From positions 372,001 through 436,000 of the forward strand of contig LSRY02000034.1 of assembly GCA_001643675.2 (NCBI GenBank): a stretch of 64,000 nucleotides of DNA, read 5' to 3'. The translations under genes were made by a program, and so were the position numbers. Shown in pieces: positions 53,557 through 64,000 of this stretch. This DNA comes from Monocercomonoides exilis PA203 (Eukaryota > Protista > Preaxostyla). The stretch's first letter is position 1; every line of letters starts with the position of its first letter. The notes below the pieces were generated by a model. The model ran no database searches. It saw only the letters and a program-made list of their open reading frames with translations, and was not told where the DNA came from.

Positions 53557-56500
53557 ATGTCTTTTTTGAAACCTCAATCAACTCTTTATTCTAGATCGAA
53601 AATTCTATGGAAAGCAATAAAGCGCATCGGTGTAGATGACGTGGATTCGTTGCTTGCCTATTTGTTTTACACTTACAGGCAATCATCTTCAGTAATTAAT
53701 GATTGACTGAAGTCTTTGAATAGTTTGGCTTTTTTTTTTTTTTGTATTGTGTTATAAATAATATTTTTTCTCTTTGTTGTTTTTTTCATTTATATTTGTT
53801 TATTATTAATTTTTTTTTAAAAGCAGAATTTCACAAAAAGCAGCAGGAAGACATGTCTGTGGTGAACAACAACACTCCGTTGGACACTAAGACAACAATG
53901 CTGCAAGCGCTGTCCCGCAACACATCATTATCCGATTTGCAGGACTATGGATATGATGTCACAGAAGGAAAATTCAGTTACGCGAAACTAACTCTGAAGA
54001 AAAACCAAGGCTTCATTGTCCAGCCTCAAAAACCTCATCTTCCTTCTTGCAAAAGTGGTTTGTTTTTATCAAATATTTTTTTTTATTTATTTTCATTGTT
54101 TTCTAAGGATTAAATGAACAGGACTGAGAAAAGGGCAACAACTGGATGTTAGCCCATTCGACTGAAGCCTCAACTTCGCTTCAATCTGCAAAGAAGAAGC
54201 AGCGAGCTGAGAAGGACTATACGAGATATAAAAACGAAGCAGCTTGGGATGAAGAAATAATTTCAGAAAATTCTTCTTCAAAGAAAAAACAATCTTCTTC
54301 TTCTTCAACATCATCTCAACAAAACAAAAAATCAAATGTCGTTTCAGAAAATTTTTCTCCATCTTCAAATTCTTCACCTTCTCAATCTATTGATGCAACA
54401 ATCAACACTCCAATAAGGAGAGTAAGGGGCTCAACAAAAAATCAAAATAAAAATTCAAATCACAAACATCATTCTTCTCCATCTCCAATTCCAATTCACA
54501 AATTATTCAGAACAAAACAAAAATCATCTTCAGCAAATTTCAATTTCAAAATAATTGAAAGAAAAAATAAATTCTTCATCATTTTAAATTGATAATGTGT
54601 TTGTGAGTGATCAATTAATTGAATATGCCACTTCACCGACTCTTTTTCCTCCACAAGCATTTCAAAATCTTCTTTCATCTTTTTCAAATGAGACCAACAC
54701 TTCTCTATCTTCACACAAAACACATTCAGATGTTTGTTATAATTCAAATCATGAAAATACTTCGAATATCATTTCAAATAATAACACAATGGATTTTCAT
54801 CCTTTGAATTGTTCATTTTCTCCATCAACCTCTTCATGTGTCAAAACCACTGCAATCGCCTCATCAAATACTCAGAAAGGCTTGCAAAATTTAGGAAATA
54901 CTTGCTATCTAACCTCTCTTCTTCAATGCTTATCTTCAATCATTTCATAAAAGCCATTTTACTCAAAAAACAAACATCTTTAAAGAACACATCTTCGTGT
55001 GTTTTAAGTGCATGCAATCAACTATCCAAAGATGGAATTGAAGTTCGTTCGTGGATCTCATCGCTAATCAACAAATGGGAAGAATATTATAACTATTGCA
55101 GCAGGCAGCAACAGAATGTGATAGAAGCATTTGAAAATCTTCATCAACTTCTTCAAATTAATAAGATATTTGAAAAGGATACCTTCAATCCTGTGTTCAT
55201 TTCTCTTTTCAAATATCAAAAATGTCAAAAAGTTTCTTATCATTTCAATGAAGCCTGCAGTTATGTTATCATTAATTCATCCTCTCTTCATAAATGTCTA
55301 TCTTCTATTTTTTCAACTGAGATATTGAACGGAAAAAATGCTGTCTATTGCAATGATTGCAAAGAGAAATGCTGTGCTGCGAGATGGGAGGAAATGGCTG
55401 CATTTCCAGAGGTGCTGGCCCTCTGTCAGGAATGCACTGATTCTGCTAATTCTGCACCTTCGAGAACGCTTCTGATTGAAACTGATCGTGCTAACCAGCG
55501 TTCGTTCTGCAAAGGGTTTTCAACAGAAAGTATTCAACATCTCCAAAAGAACAGTAAGGAAATCATCATATATCATCTTGTTGGACAAATTCTTTTACAG
55601 CGCATGGATCAACAAAATGGGCATTTCATTGCAGTTGTGAAAAGGAAGAGTGGACATGATATCAAATGGAATGTTTGCAATGATGCTGATATGACCGAAT
55701 TTGATAATGATAATTGGAATTCATCATGGAAAGATCTTTACTCCCAGGGTTGCATTCCTTCCCTTTCTTTCTATGCAAAAGAAAAAGAAAAGCCAACATT
55801 TTCGACTATTCAATTTGGTGGTTCTTCTTCTTTTTCTTCAGAAACATCAAATTTCAATTGTTTAAATAACACATCAACAACAACAACAACAGCAACGTTA
55901 TCTTTATTCATCAAACCTCCTCAATATTCAACTTCCATTCCACCACTCTCTTCATCAATATCATCAAACTGTGGATTGGAAGTACTTAAAGAAAGAAGAA
56001 AGAAAACGGGCATCTTTTTTCCCAATGAAAAGAGATTAATCTTCAAGCCCAAGACGAAATTATGGAAAGAGTTTACAGATGAAACAAACATCAAAGTTTC
56101 TCTGTCACATTTCCACAAACTCACAACCAACTTCTCCAAAGCAAAAAGGCGCACAAACCTTTGTGGAATGTGTGAGAAGTTGGACTATCTCGAGAACAAA
56201 CTTAAATCTTCTCAAAACAAAAATGGACTGTCTGAAGCAGAGTTTTATACACTTTGATTACTTCGTCAACATCGACTTGTTGCAGAAATGCAACGAAAAC
56301 ATTATCAATCTTCTGTCGACAATCTGAAAGAGGGAGAAGCAGTCTTCGTCTTCGACTTCAACGAGAAATGGAAACTCCCCATCAGAAAGAACCAACTTCA
56401 ACAGGAATTCTTCAACTATCAACAAGTATCTAAATTCACAATCATCTCTCTTCAAAAAATTAATTATCAACAAATAAAACGAACATTCAACTTCTTCTCT

Positions 56501-57270
56501 GACTGCCTCTCATATGATAACAGATTTGTTATTGAGTGACTGGAATCTGTGATCAAAAGACACTTCTTCTCAGACACTCACACTTTTAAGTTCTTCTACG
56601 ATTCGGGTCCACACAACAGAAATCGCTTCCTTCTTCACTTCATCCTCTCAAAACAATCCAAGCTTTCCAAAAAGAAAAATACACAACTCATTTCTTTGCT
56701 GAGCATCATGGAAAAAATATTTGTGATAGTGAATTTGGTGCGTTAGTGAATGCAATCGACAACAATCTTTCAACAAAACACATCACCACACTTCATGACT
56801 TAATCGACTTCTTCGAAAACAATATGAACACTTCGACATCAGCTTCTTCAACTTCACAATCGAACAACTTCTCAAAATCATTATTAAACTTTTCACCATC
56901 TTCGACATCTGTCAATAACTTTGAGCATGAGAGGTACTTTGAAGAGTATGTACCATCTCAGCAAATTTCATGGACATCTTTGTCAGTCCCTCACATGAAG
57001 GACTACTTATTCTTTGAGCGCAAGGGCTCATTTGTCTGCGCATCTGCTGTTGGATATCTTCCTCAACGCTCTCTGGTTGAACTCGAATCTTCAACAATGA
57101 AAGAAAAAGTTCAACGTTCAAGAAAGTCATTTCACTCTGATATCACATCATCTAACTCTTCTCTTCTTTCTCAATCTTCTCAAGATCTTCTTTCAAGAAG
57201 ATTTGATCTTCTTCTTGACTCTTCATCTTTAAATGAATCTCAAAATTGTATTAATGGTGTTCCTTTTTAA
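53557..57270 (+). pseudogene. Sola2-like DDD transposase with embedded USP (C19) domain, copy 2 (disrupted)
   Basis: Introns at 53723-53823 and 54058-54107 (GTTTG..AG) splice in frame. USP spans 54879-55780 (Cys 54903, His 55622, Asn-Asp 55679-55684). Candidate catalytic D residues at 56354 (DFNEKW), 56600 (DSGPH) and 56725 (HHGKNICD). Confidence 0.8.
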
Positions 57271-58364
57271 GAAACGAGTTGTTGTGCATGCTCAGCTGGC
57301 ACTCTATCGGAAGGGTGCTGTACATGACTGTTCGCATTAGATATTGCAGCCTTCGGGCTGCTTTATCCGGACCTGGATACGACGAACAGCCTCCCAGATG
57401 CACAACAGTTTGAATCCAATTTCTTTCTTGTGCTTTTTATCCCTATAATGTCCCTGTAATAAAATTGGTTATTGTCCCGCTTATATTTGTATTAATCGAG
57501 ATTCATTAATGATGAAAGTCTTGTGGTTTATCACTGATCTTTGGGAAAGGTTTTTGGAAGGGAGAGTTGTTTAGAGTGTGAAGTGATGTTTTATCATTGT
57601 GTCTGTCTTTTTTCTTTGTTGGATTTGATCTTTTTGAGTCTAGGTTAGAGAAATATCAGAAAGGGGAGAGTGGATGGAAAACAGAGGGAAAATAGACAAG
57701 TTAGTTTTTGAACTTTTTATAAAAGTATTCTTTTTTGTAGGGAATTGTCTTTGATATCATGAATTTGTTGATATTGGAATGCTTCTTATTGAATTTTTTA
57801 TTGTTCAGAATATTTGGTAATTTGATAATGATGAGTGAGAATTTCGAGAGAATGAAAATGAAAATGAATATGTTTGTGTTTGATTGAAAAAAAAAGATGT
57901 CTTTGTATTTAATTTTGTTAATCGTCAGATGTTGCTAAAAGTTGTCTAAAATTGTTTTTTAATTTGTTTTATTAAGTTTTTCTTTGTTTTTAAGTGTTTA
58001 GGTATTTTGGTTTGTTTGTTGTTGTTTCAAAGTTCCAATTCATTTATTTCGAAATATTATTAACATTGTGCACACCGAACTGGTTTAATTGTTTGAAATT
58101 TTTTTGTTAACAATAATGAACAACAATGATGTGAAAAAACCAAATCAACTGATTTTATCAAGGATTTGAAAAAACAATGAAAAAATTTATACTGCAATTA
58201 AGAGTGAATAGACTGCTGAGAATTCTTATCCACAAAAATATACGAAACGAAAAAATATCACTTCATCAACGTACAGATTGAATTTAAAAAAAAAAATAAA
58301 ATTAAAACACAAATATTTCTTCCAAAAAAAAGAAAATTTTATGCATATCCAAATTATTATGTAT

Positions 58365-59611
58365 ATGATCATTAGGAAAAAATATTTTTAAGGTATTTCA
58401 CGAGGGTTACACATCGGGTGGCATTTTTTTGCACGAATCGATTTGTTGTTATGAAGGTGCGTGAAACATGTTAAAAAAGGGTTCACCAAGGTGTGACCTC
58501 TTTTTCGAAAAATGTATCTCAAATTTTCAGATAAAAAATCAGTGAAAATTTTTCGATTTTTTGTTCTTTCAAGAACGAGAAAATGCTTATATTCTATTAG
58601 TGTTCATACGCTTCATAATTATTAAAACAACAATATTCATTAAAAATGATTTAAAAAAATGTGTGTTTTGAACTTTTTTCAATGAGAAAAAATTCCATTA
58701 CTTTATTTCAAAGTGTTCTTTCAACAATTTTTCTCGCATTGACGTTGCATCGAGGTTTGTTATTTGTTATCATATGAGGAAAACATATGTTTTTTAAACA
58801 AATCTTTTTCATAGACAATCAATTGATGTTCTTTCTTTTGTTTTTAATGAAAATATTTATATGATTGATATGCCAAAGAATAATTGCTAATAAAAGGCAG
58901 AGAAGGAAGTTTGGTATTTATTTATTATTTCTATATATGATTATTTTTTATTGACCGTTTTTATTCTTTCTTAACGGAAACAGGTCAAAAAGAATGAAAA
59001 TGAATAAAAGCGGGATATCTCGTTATGAAGGGTGGCTATGGAGTTGGGAGAGCAATTTCATATGGAATGTGCTTAGGGTGAAGGGATTGGGAAGGAATTT
59101 GAAGATGATATTTTCAGACGAGAAACAAGGATATTTTTCAATGAGAAAGATGAAATTGAAGAAAATACATAAGTTTCACATTTTTCAGAAGAAAGGGAAA
59201 TCGATGCATTTGATGGGGAAATGACTTCTGGAAAGGACGATTAGCGAATCAGATGATGAAATATCTGAAAATGGAAGGAATAATGAATTTTTATTGGAGG
59301 GAAATGAGCTTTGCCAATGGTATAAAATATAGAAAATTGCATATAAAAATGTTTAGAAGGTTTGCTGTTGTTATTATTTTTTTCGAAGTGATTATTATTT
59401 TTTCATTCAGGTTGCTGAAAGAGTGAAGGATTAGGTGGCTTTGAAGAAGAAGAAGAAGAAAATCAAGGAAGAAAAATGAAATGAAGATTGATGAAATTCA
59501 AGATTTTACGAAGATCCCCGACATTGGGCTTTAATGGAGTTATTATTGAGAAAAGATGATTTTTTGTGAAAGAAAGGGAATTGAAAGCTTGAGAGATGAA
59601 ATCAAAAAGAG
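58365..59611. repeat. Right arm of the 1247-bp inverted repeat
   Basis: Reverse complement of 51491-52737. Confidence 0.95.
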
Positions 59612-61198
59612 GAAAAAAGGAATTGTCACATGTTTTTTATTTGCATCAGCGAGAGAAAGAAGATTAAGAATAATTTATTATGAATTTGGTGAACAGTGTT
59701 TCAAGATGAACAAAAAAAATATGGAAGAAGGAAAAAAGAATTTTCATTTCATTGAATTTCTCCATTGATTATTATTTGCATAAATCTTCAAAATTTTTGA
59801 TTTTCTAAAACCTCATTATTACACTTCTCCTTTTTCAACAGACAAGACAAAACCACATCGCATGCCTTCTCCTTCTTCCTTATCATCTTACTCTTCCTCC
59901 TCTTCAAAAGCCAACACTGTCACCAGAGAAAACACATCTTCTGAGGCACTGATTGTGATGCAGTCGAAACCGGAGATGAGCTTCGATTCGACTACTCGTT
60001 TTTCCACTGAATGTTTCGTGAGCGGAGCTGTTATTTGCGTGTTTGAGGGCAATGTGGCAGTGGGAAAGCATGGCATCTTTCAGAACAAGCGGCAGTGAAG
60101 AGAAATGGCAGGAAAGCAGATGAAAAGAGCGAGAAAGGAGATGAGAAGAGAAGAGGGAGAAGAGGAAGATAGAGGAAGATGAGAAAATTATTAAAAGGAC
60201 GAAGGAGTAATGAGTAATTCAGAGCAAAAAAAGCAAAGATACGAAGAAAGCGCAAAACAGAAGAGACAGAAAGAAACATCTGATGACCTGAGCAAGCTGC
60301 AGTGTGTAGAATTTGACTGGGGAGAATCGAACTATATTAGTTAGCAGGTGATCAAAGACGCAATTGAAGACAGGCTTGATGCGATGTATGGGAACAAGAA
60401 ATCGAAAAGAAGGCGGAGAAGAAGAAAGAATGGAGGCGAGATCCGTTCCGGATGATGCCGCTGCTGGTTGAGCTGATAGAGCTGTAGCTGGGGAGGAACG
60501 AGGTGCAAAGGGCTATCTGTTTTAAGATGCAGATAGGGGACAGAAAGAGTTTGGTGCAGTTTCAGTAGCCAATGGCATGTTGGCAGGATGGAAGGAGAGC
60601 AACGTCTTTCAATGTTTCACAATTGTCTGCTTCTTCAGTTCCATTCTTAAAAGTTCTGAATTCGAAAGAGATATCGATAAACAATATATTCATTTCTTTT
60701 GAGTCAACATTATGTTCGATCGAGCCATCAATTTCCCGATCACATTTTCATCAACAACTTCAATCTCAACGAAATCTTCTTCTTTTCCATATTCTTCTTC
60801 TTTTTCTTAATTTTTCCCTCTTTTTTTCCTTTTCTATTTGTTCATCTTCAAATTTCTATTTTTCATTCTTTTTCATCCACTTTTCTCTTTCAATCCATGT
60901 TTTTAAACTATTTTCTTTTTCTTCAAAATCAAACAAAATTTGTTTTCTTTCTTTCAATTATTTGTTGGACATCTTTTTTTGTCATTTCTTCAATTTCTTG
61001 CTCTCGTTTTGGCATGAGCAGAATATACGCGTTCCTCTCAAATTCGCTTGAAATTTTTTTGAATGATGAACAATTAATTGTTCATAACATATGTGCAAAC
61101 CTGACCTTGTGGAAACGAGTTGTTGATAAATTATGAATTTTTTATTTTGGTAATTTTTTCCCAAAAAACGGGTGAGATCAATAAATTGAAATAAGAAA

Positions 61199-62481
61199 AT
61201 GTCAAAGATACCAGAAACAAAAGACGTGATCTCATACATGAATCACTTGCTTGTTAATTTGGAACTCACTTGGAAGTGGAATTTCGAGCATAGACTTCTT
61301 CCTGAAACTGGGGAATGCAAACATTGCAAAATGAAAAAATAATTGTGCAAAAGAGACAACACAAATTTTCTAAAGTGCAAAAAGTGCCTGAAAACAACAT
61401 CTGTATAAAAAGGAACAACATTATCAAAGGCTAAAACTATTGTAAATCAGATTATGCATGTGTTTTTATTGTTTTGGCTAGAATTAAGCATTAAGCAAAC
61501 TTGTTTTTTGTTATATCCGGATAGAAATAACATATCATTTTATTTTAATTTTTGCAGGGAAGTTTGCATAGATGCGCCATTCAAGAATCCTATAAAAAAA
61601 GGAGGAGTGCGGAAGTGGTGGAAATTGACGAAATGTTGTGGAGAAGAAGGAAATATAGCAGAGGAAAAAATAAAAAAAAGCAAGTTTTGATTTTTGGTGG
61701 TGAAGAAAAATCTGAAGTACGTTACAAAAGATCTTTTATGGTGGTTGTTCCAAACAGGAACAAGGAAACTCTACTAGCAGCTATCAAAGAGCACATTTCA
61801 CCTCACACAACAATATACAGCGATGAATGGAAGGCGTGCAATTGTCTAGATGAAGAAGGTTTTATTCACAAAACTGTTTGCCATAAGAGACATTTTGTCA
61901 ATCCAGAAAATAAATCAGTATATACAAACACAGTGGAAGGTTTTTGGGCGCACTTTCGGAACTATCTTCCCAGATTTTGAATCCGAACAAGATTTCTTCA
62001 ACAATATGGGTGATTCTTTTTGAAAAGTCACAAATGTTTTATTCTCAATAAAATCAAATTTTCTTATTTTGCTTAATATTTTGTTTACAAATGTCAAACT
62101 TCACTTAAATGGAATCCATTGCTTGATAATGTTATTTCAAACATTCTTGAGGAGATTTGTAAGATGAAACAGAAATTTGAGCAAAATATGAAATTTGAGA
62201 TTTATTTGAAAATTAAACATTTGTGACTTTTCAAAAAGAATCACCCATATATAGCATCTTTCATTGTTCGTTCGATAAGATTACTGACTTTGAATCAACT
62301 CGTTTAATCTGCAATTCATTTGAACATCGAAAAAGTTGAAATGGTTGCTGAGGAAGATGAAAATGATCCAGAAAAGGCTTTCGAAGAGGAAGAAATCCCT
62401 GATATGGATGATCTTCCTGATGATGACACTGATTTTGGTGCAGATGATGGAGCAGACGTATCAGTATGGTCTGATGATTAA
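61199..62481 (+). pseudogene. Merlin/ISXO2-type transposase interrupted by a MITE
   Basis: CKHC..CKKC, VVEIDE, IFGG, YSDEWKA, CHKRHF..TNTVEGFW and an acidic tail. The frame QQYIASF is restored on removing 62008-62250. Confidence 0.9.
62008..62246. mobile_element. GGG..CCC MITE (239 bp)
   Basis: GGGTGATTCTTTTTGAAAAGTCACAAATGTTT TIRs with a perfect ATAT TSD. Confidence 0.92.
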
Positions 62482-64000
62482 TTCTTTTTTACAATTTCAT
62501 ACACTTTTAAGAAAATAAAAAATAATACGAAAATATTTTCACCCATTTTTTTTATAAAAAGAGGAAAAAAATTATTCATAAAAACACAACAAGCTGTTTG
62601 CGCAAGATAAAAATGCGATAGAATGATCAAGAATAGCAACACCTTTCTTCGAATCGATAATGAAGTGTTTTCTTTAGGTACGCGGATATTCTGCATTTGC
62701 CAGCAATTCTTGTTTAGTTCTGAAAGATAATAAAGATGCAACTTGAAAAATTTCACTTGTCATAGCCATACAATGAGTCGCGGAAAATGAAACAAGGAGA
62801 AAAAGAGGTTTTTTTGGAAAATGGTTATTTGAAGGAAAGTTCAATGAAGAAAAAAAGATGAAGAATATTATACACTAACATAATTCTTAAAAACTCAAAT
62901 TGTCAATTGTGAACAATTTTCCTTACAAACATAACGTTGAAGAATATTTTTGAAAATAAAAAATTATCGAAACTGTCAAGTTCACAAACTGATATCGCTT
63001 CACGTTCCAACACATTGTGAAAAATTACTGTGTTTCAAAGGAGTCTTGTGTTTCTCTTTTTTGAAAAAAAATGATAATGAATTATCTTTTGTTGGAAAAA
63101 CAAAACAATTTCAAATTGCCTATTATTCATTTCGCTCAACGTTTTTCAATTTATTTTGCAGTGTTTTATCTTCATTCCATTGTTCCTATCATTCATTGCT
63201 TTATTAATTTCAAAAAAACATTTTCGATTTAGCTGAACTTCTGTTTTTGAAAAACAACTTCAAAATTATTGCTCTATTAATTGATCCAATATTTCCTTCT
63301 GCTGTGTTTCATAATAGAAACATCTTCTCTAATCGAATCAGCCACAAACAACGAAAAGTTAAAAAAGTTTGATAGAAAGAGCGGAACAACAGAAAACATT
63401 AAAACAAACAGCTTTCATTAGAAGTTCACTTCATATTTCTGAATATAACATTTCAGCATTTGCGAAGTTAACAAATATTCGACAAAGTTTAGATAATAAA
63501 GTATTTTGTTTTAAAGATGGGAAAAACCATTATCACTTCATCAATTTGTTTGGTTTCGCATCGAATTTCTTTTCAGAAATAACTGAATAAATGTTGTTCT
63601 CGAATCTTTCATTGTCCCGAAAAAGTGAAAAGTGCACAGATGTTTGGAACTTCATAGATGATAAATCTGGAAATCAAGTTGTAAAGATGCAAAAGCACAT
63701 GCTTCTACACACAAGCTAAGGAAAAAAGTATTTCACAAAGTTGCAGAAAATTTTTGACAGTTTGTATCAGTTTATGCATTTGAGTGGATCATTAAATCCT
63801 TTTATTACAGATAAAAAATAAAGTTTAATCAAAATGAATTTTATAAAGAATAGCAAGTTTATGTAATTCGGAGGACAATAAACATGTAAAAGTGGCACTG
63901 TTAAAAACAGTTTACCATGAATATAGCTTCGATTAATTGGAGAAGTATGGATTTGATTGCACAATAGGAAATTATTAATACGCAAAACAGAACTACTAGA

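Larger units (their letters stand above)
61011..62701 (+). mobile_element. Merlin element 3
   Basis: TIRs GGCATGAGCAGAATATACGCGTTCC / GGTACGCGGATATTCTGCATTTGCC. No recognisable TSD. Confidence 0.75.

Noticed and set aside
51491-59611. Polinton/Maverick or virophage (long TIRs plus a protease)
   Set aside because: No pPolB, integrase, ATPase or capsid motifs were seen, the unit is too small, and the protease is USP-type.

Overview
AT-rich eukaryotic DNA with short GT-AG introns. The element types and style suggest a protist, possibly an oxymonad/metamonad; that is inference only. I found no intact host gene and no rRNA, tRNA or CRISPR array. The window is a nested transposon graveyard. Main contents: (1) two inverted copies (4871-8583 minus, 53557-57270 plus) of an intron-containing Sola2-type DDD transposase with a complete ubiquitin-specific protease (peptidase C19) domain embedded in it; (2) a Crypton-like tyrosine recombinase gene with a C-terminal Myb-like repeat, split by a 7.2-kb GGG..CCC TIR element (ATAT TSD) filled with gene-like cargo; (3) four Merlin/ISXO2-type elements, one with TIRs and a perfect 8-bp TSD; (4) relics of DIRS-type RT/RNase H, pogo, Tc1/IS630 (two), PIF/Harbinger and possibly KDZ elements; (5) many 240-270-bp GGG..CCC MITEs with 4-bp A/T TSDs; (6) unusual inverted-repeat architecture, namely one 742-bp foldback core at two loci with different locus-specific perfect arms, and a 1247-bp inverted repeat around the second Sola-USP copy. 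Family calls come from motifs recognised by eye, not from database searches.
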